Below, piece after piece: positions 25,103 to 36,916 of a stretch of 64,000 nt of DNA. Made by a program: the position numbers and the translations under genes. Within the stretch, counting starts at the first letter, position 1. Every line of letters starts with the position of its first letter. The stretch comes from Spizellomyces punctatus DAOM BR117 (taxonomy: Eukaryota). Below the pieces are notes generated by a model. It was not told the origin of the DNA. It worked only from the letters and a program-made list of their open reading frames with translations, and ran no database searches. Location of the stretch: the NCBI GenBank assembly GCA_000182565.2, contig KQ257463.1; one strand, written 5' to 3'.

Positions 25103-25803
25103 ATGGCCAATGACAACACGAAACCCAAGGACGACGAGTCCTCGTCTCTAGCCACCACCATCAAAGAAAATTATTCCCCAGCTCATGCCTCCCCAACTAC
25201 CCTCCTCACATCCGACCACCCTCCGGAAACGACCGACACACCTCTCCGTTTCCTCGGTTATGCCGCCCGTCTCCGCACCATCGCGATAGCCGGGTCCCGA
25301 TATCTCGCCTACACTTCAGACGTAGGCGAAGCCTTCCGTCCCGTCGTTGACCCCAGAATCGTCAAAGCGGCCTATGCAATCAGTTTTGGCTATGTGGGGT
25401 TTGATGTCGCTTTTGAGGGCGTTAAGGCTGCCAAGGAGGGTAAAGACGAAAAGGAGATTGCCAGAGTAGTGGTGAAGAGAAGTGTGTTTCAGGGGTTGGC
25501 GAGTTTATTGTTGCCGGCTGTTACGATACATACTGTAGTTGACGTGACGGGCAAGTTGATTCAAAAGTGAGTTTCTTGTGGGTTTTTGCTGGTTTTTGAC
25601 TGTAGGGAGAGGGTTTTTCTTATTTTGTATCTTTTAGCCGGCCAAAAACGCCTTTGATGCGCTGGACGCCTACCCTTGCGGGTCTCATGGTTGTCCCTTT
25701 CCTCCCGATCATGTACGATCATCCACTGGAAGGGTTCATAGACAAGACGTTTGATAAGATTTGGCCGGTAGATGAAAAGGACAGCAAACAAAAGACAGAG
25801 TAG
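25103..25803 (+). CDS. Mitochondrial fission process protein MTFP1/MTP18 family
   Basis: join(25103..25566,25638..25803); LRFLGY, RYLAYTSDVGEAFRPVV, FQGLASLLLPAVTIH, RWTPTLAGL..VPFLP..YDHPLE. Confidence 0.85.
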
Positions 25804-25912
25804 ATATGTGCAGTTATGTAGTGTGTGTTGTCAAGATCCCCAAGGACCATCATTTGAGTTTGCATGCATTGTTCCCCCCATTTATCTAAAAATGATTCTA
25901 CACCAAAACTTT

Positions 25913-28571
25913 CTATGCTGTTCTACTCAAAACATCCACTAGCACATTGGCCACCCATTTCAGTACTTCTCGGTCCTTTTCGCTCCTCACAGCAACCACA
26001 GGTGCCATGATGTAAATGACGTTCCCCAGCGGTCTAGTATAGAGACCGTGTTCACGCAGTTTCTTGATGACGTTGGCGGAAACGTGAGATGCGTAGCCCT
26101 TTTCGGTGGTGGAGAGTTCAATGGCCAGGACGCTGCCCAAGGAAATGACACCGTCGGTAGTTGGGAGATTGGATAAGGTTTGGATGAGCTAAAGGAGCAA
26201 GATCAGATTCACGACTGGTTATAGATGGTCATGCTTCAACTATGTCAAGCGTACCTCTTCATCCCAAACCCTGCTCAAACATTCCACTCCACCCGCCTTC
26301 GCGCCCATCTCCTCAAACATTTCCAAGGTCCTGACCCCAACCGCACATCCAACGGGATGCGCGGTATATGAGTGCCCATGGAGGAGAGCCTCCTTTTTAC
26401 CTTCCCCTTTAAACACCTCAAAAATTTCCTCCTTTACAACGGTCGCAGCAAGAGGCACAAGACCTCCTGTCATGCATTTTGCATAACAAGCTAGATCAGG
26501 GTACTCTCCCAACAATTGCGTACCGGGAGAATGAAGACCGAGCCCAAGACGGTGAAACCCGACAAACACTTCGTCGTAAATGACTGGAAGGGGTTGATCG
26601 AGGGCTCGGACTGCTCGTATCAATATGCGTTGAAAGAGAGGGTCTATGAAAGCCATGCCACCGGCGCCCAAAAGAAGGGGTTCAATGATCAACGCGCCCA
26701 AAGGTGTAGTGGTCAGGTATTTTGCTAGCGTTTGCTGGATGTGTGCACAGTAAACCTCGAGGAGATCAGTGCGGTCCAACGAAAATACGTCGGAAAGCGA
26801 TTGGAAGGTGGGTGCGGATCTTGTGTGTTGGAGGGAGGGTGGGAGGCGGAGGGTATACTGCCCATTTTTGAAGACAATCGTTGGTGGTGCGAACCATAGA
26901 CCACGGGGCTTGTACCTAGTATTCTCGTCGTTAAAACAGCAATACCAGTTGCAAAACAACCAGTCACCATTCGTACCAATTTATTTCCTCGTTATACACA
27001 TTCGGGCCGCAAGCGTCCATGCTGCCAATAGTATCCCCATGATAACTCCCCTCGATCCCAACCACACCAAGGGTTCGCCCATCCTGCCACGTACCATTAC
27101 GTTTCATGTCCTTTTCAGTCTTTTTGAGAGCGGCTTTGATGGCTACTTCAATCGCCGTTGATCCGTTATCAGAGTAAAATACGCGTGAGCCCCATCCTCT
27201 ACCCGCTGTTGACAAGAGTTTTTCGGAAAGTTTCAGAGCGGGTTCGTGGATGCACTCTGGGAAGATGACGTGACCGTATCGTCCGGACGCGTGGGCGGCC
27301 GCCAGCGTGAGCTGCGTATTTGCGTGTCCGAACGATTGAGTCCACCAGCTGGCGCAAGCGTCATATTGGGGCGTTGTTGTACCTTCCACTTGTAGCGATG
27401 ATGATGATGAAGGAGCTGCAGGGGTCGACGCGCCAGAATGATACGTAGTAAAGAACTCTTGATGGGCAGAATCGATCACAGTCGGTTTGCCCACATCTCC
27501 ATGTTGAGTAAATGGCCACCAGATCTTCTTTTCACCATCGGCAGCCATCTCCTCTAACCTTGTCACTCGATTCCAGTGCTCATCCAACAATCCTTGAACA
27601 ACCTGCATCGCACCACGCTCCGAGTTTTCGTAATACACCATCATGTTAGTTGCGTCCAGCATCTTTTCGTGTACATCAGGTCCTTCTTGTGAGCGGGAGG
27701 CGGGAAAGGGAGGAGGAGGCGAGAAGATGTAGACAGGAACAGACGGATCAATGTTTTTACGGATCGCATGATGGTTTTGATATTGCGTGGAATCGAACAT
27801 GACGATCCCGGATATGTCGTAACCACGAATATGCAGGGATTCATATGCTGAGAGAGTTGTGGAGACTCCACCAAGTTTCGCATCCCCAATGAGAAGAGTA
27901 GGAAGTCGAAGAGGGCGATACGCCTCACACTGGAGTGTACCAGACATGACCGGACTGTTCACGCCTGTGAATTGGTATGAGTCTGATCCCAGAGATTGCA
28001 AATAATAAGATGCAGACATACCTCCAGCGGTTTCCAGAAATGCAATGGCAGGATTCCCTGCGCTCTCCTTCCATGCACCATCTAGGGCATCCTGAGTCGC
28101 GCGCAAGAGCTCCACATCCGACACTGGTTTGTTTTCCTGTACCGTGCATGTTAGATCATGATTGATCAAGATAATGCGATGATGTGGAACCTACGCGGAC
28201 AGCCGTCAAATGCGCACCGGCCGGCTCCCGGTACGTAAAAATGACACTTGTCGCTGCATCTGGACAAAATGTCTCCACATGCCTGTTCAAGTCCTATCAG
28301 ATCATGTCACAATGTCAGATGCAGCAATCCAAACCCACCTAGCATCCGAATCCACCGGAAACCCTGTCTGCACTGGTTTCACATAATACACTCGCCGAGT
28401 TTTTTTATCATTCCCGTTTCTCTTTTCAAATGCGTGTAGTGGGACCTTTGTAGCCGCTCTACAGAGGGCTGCCGAGAAGACCGTCTTTCCAACCCCTGTG
28501 TTGGCGGCGAATATCTGATAGGTTGGTAGCGTAGACCGCAAGGTATGCAAGGGTGCTGGTCGTGGAGGCAT
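25913..28571 (-). CDS. bioDA: Bifunctional dethiobiotin synthetase / DAPA aminotransferase (BioDA, BIO3-BIO1 fusion)
   Basis: ANTGVGKT P-loop, YVKPVQTG, ETAGG, WWPFTQH, DACASWWTQ, YHGDTIG, DEVFVG, PLP lysine in AKCMTGG, HGHSYTAHP, RPLGNVIY; multi-exon. Confidence 0.95.
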
Positions 28572-28867
28572 TGTCTGTTCAAAGCGTCCAGATGGGAAAT
28601 CGTTGTTTCTTTAAATGAAAATCCCCAGTTCCAAACAGGCTCATCGGAGAAAGTCGTTCTCACAGCGCGTCAACTTCATTAACCCGAATAAGCGTAAATT
28701 AACACCTCGGTGCTCCCGTCGTCGTTCTTCCTGCAAGGCTTTCTTTGCTGTGGCCTTTTGAACTCCTTTTTGAGCATAGTCCATCTTGTTTCTTCATCGT
28801 CCTGCGGTAAAGGGAGCTTTATTCACGCATCGTTTACTCCCATCTACGTATCGTATATCTTGGCACG
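28572..28867. promoter_or_regulatory. Probable bidirectional promoter shared by bioDA and biotin synthase
   Basis: 296-bp gap between divergent ATGs of two consecutive biotin-pathway genes; no specific binding site identified. Confidence 0.6.
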
Positions 28868-30284
28868 ATGCATCTCATTCGTGCCTTCCGTCCGCTAAGA
28901 CTCCGGGCATTCCATACAACACCGCTCTCCCATCTGGCGACTCTCCAACAAACACCCCCGCCACAGCCGCTATCCGTCGCCGAGAGACATGCAACAGGCA
29001 TCCTCCGCACCGACTGGACAAAACAAGAGGTCCAGGACATTTATGACAGTCCGTTGATGGAGCTGTTGTTCAACGCTGCAAAGGTCCATCGGCTCCACTT
29101 TAATCCGAGGGAGGTGCAGCAATGCACTCTGTTGAGCATCAAAACCGGAGGATGTACTGAAGATTGTGCTTATTGGTATGCTGGGCAGTAAAAGTTTTGA
29201 CAAGGATGCTCAGGAATGGACCTGATTCCGTTCATTTAGCCCTCAGTCTTCAAAGTACTCTACAAATGTCAAGGCAAGCAAGCTGCTGCAAGAAGACACA
29301 GTTTTGGCTGCTGCGAAAAAGGCCAAAGAGGCAGGAAGTTCAAGGTTTTGCATGGTAGGTGCAACCTCCAATTTCCTCCTATAAGCAACGGCTCACACTT
29401 CAACATTTAAGGGAGCCGCCTGGCGCGATCTCCATGGACGAAAGACCAACTTTAACACCATTCTAAACTATGTCAAGGAAATCAGGTAATCCTCTTGTTT
29501 TGGGCCTAAATCCTCGTCGCCAAAACTCGTTCTAATTTGATGTTTTTAGATCAATGGGAATGGAAGTATGCTGCACCCTTGGCATGCTGACACCCACTCA
29601 AGCCCAACAGCTCAAGGAAGCCGGGCTAACCGCCTACAACCATAACCTGGACACATCCCGTGAATATTATCCCAAGATCATTACAACTCGAAGCTACGAC
29701 GAACGGTTGGAAACAATTGCCAATGTTCGGGACGCGGGAATTAGCGTTTGTTCTGGTGGTATCATTGGCTTGGGAGAGAAGGCAGAAGATCGGGTGGGAA
29801 TGCTTTGGACCCTTGCTACGATGGTCGAGCATCCTGAGAGTGTACCGGTGAATGCCCTATTGGCTGTGGAAGGAACGCCTTTGGGAAAGCAAGAGGTATG
29901 GAAGGATCGTTTTGGCCGGATTGTTGCATTGCTGTGTCTGATGTATCATTACATTAGCCCGTGCAAATCTGGGAAATGGTCCGTATGATTGCCACGGCCC
30001 GTATCGTTATGCCGACTTCCATGATCCGTCTCTCTGCAGGGCGAGTAAGATTCTCGCAACCTGAACAAGCTCTATGCTTCATGGCTGGCGCCAACTCCAT
30101 CTTCACGGGCGACAAATTGTTGACGACGCCCAACAATGCCTACACAGATGATCAGAAAATGTTTGACGTGCTCGGACTAGTACCTAAACAGGCCAACCAT
30201 AGACAAGGAAGTGACAAGTTCTTGGATGTTGGTGAGGCACCCAAGGTAGAAGCAAAGAAGGGAGAGTTGTTCATTGAGGGATAA
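28868..30284 (+). CDS. BIO2: Biotin synthase (radical SAM), with mitochondrial presequence
   Basis: [24 protein letters not shown] (CxxxCxxC across an intron), [53 protein letters not shown]; five exons. Confidence 0.95.
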
Positions 30285-30406
30285 ATGTAAAAGACTTTCT
30301 TTACTTTGTTCTTTTTTTTGTACATTCCAAAATAATCCATCTATGCACACACGTAATTTACAGCACTTACACTTTCATACTATGTACACGCTGATTCAGA
30401 AAACTC

Positions 30407-31831
30407 CTAATGATGGTGGTGCCTCGTTTTCATCAACTTTTTCACAGTTTCATCCTCCCTTCTAACCCACCACACCCTCACCGCACCGCCCACACCACCG
30501 TCCTCTAGCACTCTTTTAACTAAATCAAAATCTTGTTTGGGGACATAGATAAACTCTGTGTCAAGATGCTTTGCAGAATATTCCGACCCGAGAAAGGACG
30601 CCACAGCCACGTGTGTATACGTGCTTGTCGATGGGAGAAAGTGGAGATCATATCCTGCCGTATGCATAGCTTCAAGGAATTTTATCAGTTCGTCTTGAGA
30701 CATTGGTTCGGTTGTAGGGAGGTCGACGATAATATGCCGTGTTAATCGGGTTTCGAGTGTCCGTGGTGAACTAGTGAGGAGGGTCGTCAATTTCGAGATT
30801 TCAAGTGCGGGGATGCGGAGGACAGCTATGGGACCCGGTGGAAGTGCGAGGTCGTCGAAACTAGTCACATTCTCTTTAGGATCCAAAATGTTTGAAGCAT
30901 GGACCCAGAGCTTGTCGTCCACCAGGTTCAGACGGGCTGACATGGCGATAATCGGTGAGACGCCTTGGTATTCGGAAGGTGAGAGAAGACAGTGTATGCT
31001 ACTCGCACCGCGGACGCCGGCCAACATGACGGAATATGCATGTCCAAGGGGAGAACGACTGCAACCCACGTCGACATACAGAGCCGGGTCGTTCATTTCT
31101 AGCGCATCCGACAAGGCCCGAGTGAGGACTGCCTGAATGGACTTTTCGGATGCAAATAGGTCGTCCTGCACTGCGTGGGATGATTTTTGTGTCTCGTGTT
31201 TTGCGATGAATACGGGGGGATGGCTCTTTGCATCGACCTCAAAGTGGACATTAGCGAGAACCGATGACCATTCAGCTTGCAAGGCAACATGGTCTGCAAA
31301 GCGATCGACTTCGCCAAATATTCCAGAAACTGGGTTGGCGACTCCCGGTTCCCCGTGCATCATTTCGTGATCTTCTTCCTCATCGTCCTCGTGTTCTTGC
31401 CCAGCTCCGTGATGGTGCTGCTTTGTACTCTCCCCATTACTGTTTCCCTTGGGAGGCTTTTGTTCCTCCAAATGTGCTGAACCTTCCGGCCTTTGCTTTG
31501 GATGCGGAGCCAGTAGGGCCTCGTTCCCTGTTCCCGGTTTCGCCGGACTTTTTAGTTTCTCTCCTTTTTCATCCTCCGGATGTGGATGCGCCGGCACGGC
31601 GGACATTACTGGCGGATCGACCACTTTTGGCAAGTCCACAGGTTTCTTCATGTCCCCGCTCTCGGGCACTCGCACCTCCTGCGTCTCGCGTCCTGAAGCC
31701 TTTGGAGTAGGAATCGACCCCGTAGAAACTAGAGTGATGAAGACGACCAGCGCTACCAGCGCCATACCAATAAGGATGGGCTTCCGCCCACCTTGCTTGT
31801 TGGTTGCAAACAATGGAGCGTATTCTGGCAT
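30407..31831 (-). CDS. Type II membrane protein with a stem and a C-terminal degenerate FkbM-like methyltransferase fold
   Basis: Intronless, ATG at 31831 (MPEYAPLF). One N-terminal TM helix (ILIGMALVALVVFITLV), Pro/His/acidic stem, then E..I..VL..AL, LYVDVGC, MSARLN, VLRI, HIIVDL, L..MH.AGY in FkbM order. Confidence 0.6.
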   Translation of the reverse strand: MPEYAPLFATNKQGGRKPILIGMALVALVVFITLVSTGSIPTPKASGRETQEVRVPESGDMKKPVDLPKVVDPPVMSAVPAHPHPEDEKGEKLKSPAKPGTGNEALLAPHPKQRPEGSAHLEEQKPPKGNSNGESTKQHHHGAGQEHEDDEEEDHEMMHGEPGVANPVSGIFGEVDRFADHVALQAEWSSVLANVHFEVDAKSHPPVFIAKHETQKSSHAVQDDLFASEKSIQAVLTRALSDALEMNDPALYVDVGCSRSPLGHAYSVMLAGVRGASSIHCLLSPSEYQGVSPIIAMSARLNLVDDKLWVHASNILDPKENVTSFDDLALPPGPIAVLRIPALEISKLTTLLTSSPRTLETRLTRHIIVDLPTTEPMSQDELIKFLEAMHTAGYDLHFLPSTSTYTHVAVASFLGSEYSAKHLDTEFIYVPKQDFDLVKRVLEDGGVGGAVRVWWVRREDETVKKLMKTRHHHH

Positions 31832-33923
31832 TTCGGACCTGTTTTCGACAGACACCGAACAAGATGGAAAGCCTGGCCTCCACCAGTTTGCCTCCCCCGC
31901 GAAGTTTCATATCAAAGCCACACCGCAGCGTCCCCCGATCAATTAAAGCATTAAAGGTTTAATGAAAATGAGCAGCCACACTAGACTGGATATGGCGCAG
32001 CAGCGTGATTCTCCGACGCTCTTTCCTGCGTGATATTTGGCTTTGTTTGAGTCAATTGCAAGTAGTGGAGCGTGGACTTTGGATAGCAAAGGGTCTACGG
32101 ACAGCCAACGATTCTTTTTCTACAAACAAGCATCGATAGACGACAACTCGAAAATGCGGGGTCGGATGGTCAGAGTCCCTTGACAGCAGACCGCAAGCAC
32201 CCTGTAGCCGTATTTCATTGCTTTGACTGGTGGCGCCCTCAACGCAGAATGTGGGAATTTTCTGAAGACTGAGTGCCAATGTACTGATATAACCTACCTA
32301 GTTGCTTGGCATCCTCGGGCCTGCTCGTGGTTGGGAGGTGTGCAAAGATTTAGATCATGAATGGACAGAAGTGAAGGTTGGCGGTGATTTTTGGGGTGAA
32401 GGTCCTCTGTATAGATCGTCCCTACAGGACGCGAGCTATACAGGGCTTTTTGCATCGCTGGAGATGTGTATTCTGTATTGTTGCACTCTACGCATGGCCC
32501 CTTCTATGACATTTCTCAGAACACAGTTGGGCAATGATTCCACGTATCAGGTCCAACGATAACTGCTCTCTACAAATTCCTGCCGCGGTTCCCAACTTCA
32601 CTAACACCATTGGCTGGGAATTCGACAGTTGATGCGTGTGTTGGGCTTGGTTTTGTCATGAAACATAAGGCATTGGCCATGATAGTAATGCCACGTTAAT
32701 CGTCACCCCAAACCAGCCCTCGCGTGAGCTCATGACATTCAAAAGATTGTAACGGCGTCACAATTCAGCGATGCTTTTGTGCTCTATGAGAGATCAGCTC
32801 CTTTAGCGACCTGGATGTGGTTTTTGTAATGTTGTACCATACGAGACAGATTGTGGATATCCTTAACCATACTGATCGACGGTGCTGATGTGTTGCTTGC
32901 GGACCTATACGAGTCATTTTCCACAACAATCTGCATTTCAATATGCTTCGGGACTGTTTTGCATTTTGATATATTTGTACTTGTTCGCCCAGAAGAAATA
33001 CTCAGACTTATCTTGAGGCAATTAGGGATTCGCTTACGGTTGATTGGAACGATTCTGCTACTTTCAAATCAAATTATGACATTTCAAGATGGGCGCAACT
33101 GCAACATCTGACGTGGAGAATATCATGCACAACATCTTTCAATCTAGGTCAATCAAGAGTAGCGATGGTCAGCACGCGGAGTCTGTTTGCGCATGCAAGA
33201 CCCCCAAGCAAAGCTGAAAGTTGTGTGTATCAGCTCGTTCAAATCGGAGCCCAGGTTGATGACATGCGGGTACCCCGATCGAATATTCCCCAAACAAAAA
33301 GAACGGATTCTGAAAAGTGCCCATCCGACTACCGACAAGACCCTGTTAGTAAGCAATAATGATGCGATGCAAGGGAATGCCCTGCAAAGTGAGTGATCGA
33401 TTGGAAAGTCACTTTTAGATGAAGCCTTTGCATCGTTCAGTGTGGAATGTTGGCTTTGCCAGATTGTCTTTTATACAGTATAGTATGCAATGACAATCTA
33501 TTCATAACACCTTACATCTCTTGGATCTAATCTTTGTCCATCCCTGCATGCAATCCTTCCCAAGCGTTTAATCAAAACGCATTCCAAGATCCAATGAAAC
33601 TCAAAGTATGCAATGCGACGCACAGACAACACAATACCATCATCCTTTACTCGTATCATTTCTTCGCACAATGGAAAGACCAACCCTTCTCCGTTGCAAG
33701 ATCTCCGTGCATCCAACCACCATCTTAAGTCATCCCCGTCGGACAAAAGCCCAGCAACCAACAGATCCATACGGATCAAAAGGCAACCCGCCACAAAATC
33801 TCAAACAATGTTTCCAAATCGCCACTTGCTTTCATTTATCCCAAATTGGAAATAATATTCCACGTGCTACAATGACCGCAAAAATCCCTCACCAATGGGG
33901 CTGAGGCGCACCTAGCAACGGGA

Positions 33924-33932
33924 TTATATAAG
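33924..33932 (+). promoter_or_regulatory. TATA-like box upstream of the secreted Cys-rich gene
   Basis: TTATATAAG about 115 bp upstream of ATG 34045. Confidence 0.45.
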
Positions 33933-34044
33933 TGAGCGATTTTTGCTGGAGCCCCCCCGACCATTGTACCTTTCCTCATCTGAACAAGACCCAGCAATCG
34001 CCCATTAGAATTTCCATCTCATTTCAAGCATTCTTTATTCGAAT

Positions 34045-34817
34045 ATGCACTACACAGCTGTTGCTACCACGCTCCTCGTAGCCTTGTTTGCGCAAGGCTC
34101 CATTGCTCAAGATCCCGCTATGGCGACATCGACTCTTACGACTGTTTGCCAACAAGCTGCAAAGATTCCTGTATGCGATCTCTACTCGACAAGCTGCAAG
34201 GCCAACAGCACGGCTGCTGCCTGCAACCCGGTCTCTCTCGCTCTCTCGGCTTGCGCCGACCCTGTTGCGGCGACCAATAGTGCGTGTACCATGTTCAAGT
34301 CCATGTGCACTGGCGCATGTGCAAACCAGGGTGCCGTCAAGGATCTCTTGCCGGCCAGGAATGCCAGTCAGCAAGTTTTCTCCATTTGTACGGAAATGCC
34401 CACAATGACTGATTGTCAGGGTGATGCAAGGTGCCCTGCCCCTGACGCGACTGGTGTCAGTGACTGCAAGTCCTGGACTGTCTACTCGGCCTTGTGTAGG
34501 GAGATGCCCGATATGACACAGGTTGGTTGCACGATGTAGTTTTGTTGTTTTTCTTTGAGCGTCACATCTGAATTGTCCGTTTCTTTTTTTGCTAGTGCGC
34601 ATCATGGAAGAGCTTCTGCTCCAGCAATGGACAAGTCGCTCCCTTCTGCGGTGGGGCTGCTCCCACGACAAACTCCTCCACCGGCGGCCACAACCACGGT
34701 ACTTCTGGTAACACTCAAGGAACTACTACGGGAGCAAAGTCCTCTGCCACGACCGTCCTCACCGGCGCGGTCGGTATGGCTGCATCTGGATTGCTGGCGA
34801 TGATGTTGATGCTGTAA
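34045..34817 (+). CDS. Secreted, probably GPI-anchored Cys/Met-rich protein with CxxMPxMxxC repeats
   Basis: join(34045..34521,34596..34817); signal peptide MHYTAVATTLLVALFAQGSIAQ; CTEMPTMTDC and CREMPDMTQC; S/T/G linker containing GGHNHG; hydrophobic C-terminus AVGMAASGLLAMMLML*. Confidence 0.85.
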
Positions 34818-34937
34818 ATTTGGGGAGTCCCGCTTACTGATGTAAAAAATGTTGTATAGTAGTGAAACAGTGTCCAAAATATATATAAATTGCTGCTAGA
34901 AATGAATCTCTGCTACAGACTCCCATCTACTTGTGTA

Positions 34938-35782
34938 CTACGGATTGATCTCAGTAACACGCCACGATTCACCCTCCTTTTCCATTATCATTCTCCGATT
35001 TGGATGCTCCCTCAACTCAAGCCGATCTATCCCCTGTACCTCAAAGACCAACAGGCTAAAATTCTTGAGTGCTTCTGATATGGCCTGTGTATCTTGATCA
35101 TTTATTGCTTGAACCCATCCTGAGGTGTCCGCACGTGTTTGCTTGGGATTTGGCCAGAGAAACTGCGAGCGCGCACCAGGAGATAGATTGTGAAAGTGGT
35201 GCTTGCGAAGCTGTGCGAATGACGGCCGATAATAAGCCAATATCAGGAAGAGATCATTCAAAAACGTTTACCTCTTCCCAATCTATTCCAGAATTGGGCA
35301 TGTCGGCCTCATGTATTCTCATCGTGTGATGAGGGGGCAAGACGACCCGGACGGTACCAGCCAATCGAAACTGTTCTCTCGTTTCCGGAAAGTACCTACC
35401 CATTATATATAAGCCCATTGAAACTATCAAACCTCTCTGAAAGATCTCCTTCTCATACTCACCAACAGAGCTCTCCGCTCCCATTTGCTACAATTTCCCG
35501 TACTTTTGCACTGCGAGCATCCGTAGTAAACACCAACATATCTTCCCATCGCACTCGATCGGTATCAGATGACGTGGTGGTGTCGCCTATGAATCCGCGG
35601 AAAACAATGGTGCGCACTCTCGGCTTATAGTCGTGGGTTATGGTCGCAAGCGTTGGCCACTGAGAGGCTAAGACCACGCCAACGTTAAGCAAGGAACTTG
35701 GTCAAAGGCATTGAATAAGCATACTTGGTGAAGTGTTTGAAGCCAGTGCCTGCTGCAGCAGCGCTTTCCATGGCGCTGTCAT
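34938..35782 (-). CDS. Pyridoxamine 5'-phosphate oxidase-like FMN-binding protein (Alr4036 type)
   Basis: Splices to MTAPWKALLQQALASNTSPTSQWPTLATI..PRVRTIVFRGF..FTTDARSAK..ELCWYFPETREQFRLAG..LSPGARSQFLWP.P..NFSLL..IDRLEL..EINP*. Confidence 0.85.
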
Positions 35783-35963
35783 TGCTGCCAATCGTTCAAC
35801 ACCAAAAGCCAAATCGCCGAGTCCAATCGCGCGTGAATCATCGCGTTCCAATCACGTGCAACTGTGCCACAACCAAGCCATACCCAAGCAAAACCGCATC
35901 TTCTTGCCCCCCGTTGAGTTCCGATAGCCCACAGTGCAAATCATCCAACCAACCATTGCCAAC

Positions 35964-36627
35964 ATGTCCGCGACTCGTCGCCTCATTACCTCCAACCGCT
36001 CTTTCCTTACCGCTGCCGTTCGTCGGCAACACACCCAGGCCGTTTCCCCTGTTGCCTTGTCCCAAATTGAAACGTACGCTGGTCTCGTAACGTGCGTGAT
36101 GCTCACATGTCTCACCACACTCTTTTTGTTACTATACAGCCGCTGGGCAAAGCTTCCAGAATGCGAGCAGGGTGCCATAGCAGATTACCTGGCCGCGAAA
36201 CAAAAGGGTGACTGGAAGAACTTGACTTTGGACGAGAAGCGGGCTGGTACGTGTAGACGGCATGTGGATTGAACCGACGTGACACTCTTCTTATTCGTCT
36301 TTGTTAAGCTTACTGGATTGCTTATGGTCCTTACGGTGCCCGTACGCCCATTGACCCAGCGATGAAATACAAAGTTTTGGGATGGTCCAGCTTCTTCCTT
36401 GCCATTGCTTTTGGAGGATACGTCTACTGGAGCGGAAATGGTTCGTACCGAATACTGCTCCATGTGCATCGATACAACTAACTTGTATCTCTTCAGTCGT
36501 CCCGACCCTCCGAACCCACAACAAAGAATGGAAGGAAGAGGAAGAGCGCCGTGCTATTGAAAACAAGCAGAACCCCTACACTGGTGTATATGCCAAGTAC
36601 AGGGAACAAGTAGATGGAAAGCACTAG
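35964..36627 (+). CDS. COX5: Cytochrome c oxidase subunit, fungal Cox5 / metazoan COX4 family
   Basis: Four exons: presequence, LSQIETRWAKLP..EQ..I..L..KQKGDWKNLTLDEKRAAYWIAYGPYGAR, one TM helix, T.NKEW..NPYTG. Confidence 0.9.
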
Positions 36628-36916
36628 ATGTGTGCCGTTGAGTTTAGATTGTAAAGGACGCGTTTGGACAAATATTTTACACAAGGTTAGGTTGGAAAAA
36701 ATATATTATTAAGCAGGAATCCTTGGGTGGAGCCTCATATTGAAGGTATATCCGCTCTCCTTCTATTGAGAGTTTCGCCATACCTAATGAAAACAGACAT
36801 CCTCCTGATTGATTCCAATAAAACAATGTTTACACCGTAGCCGTCCGTCACTTGAAGGCGCTTTCTAATAATATTAATACTATATATTCCCATTCACCGA
36901 GGAAGCCCCTGAAAAC

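Noticed and set aside
25913-30284. Recent bacterial transfer of the biotin genes
   Set aside because: Both genes have several spliceosomal introns, the eukaryote-type BioDA fusion is present, and BioB has a mitochondrial presequence.
31950-33900. 2-kb spacer with short ORFs, possible transposon relic
   Set aside because: No terminal repeats, target-site duplication, or transposase/RT motifs seen.
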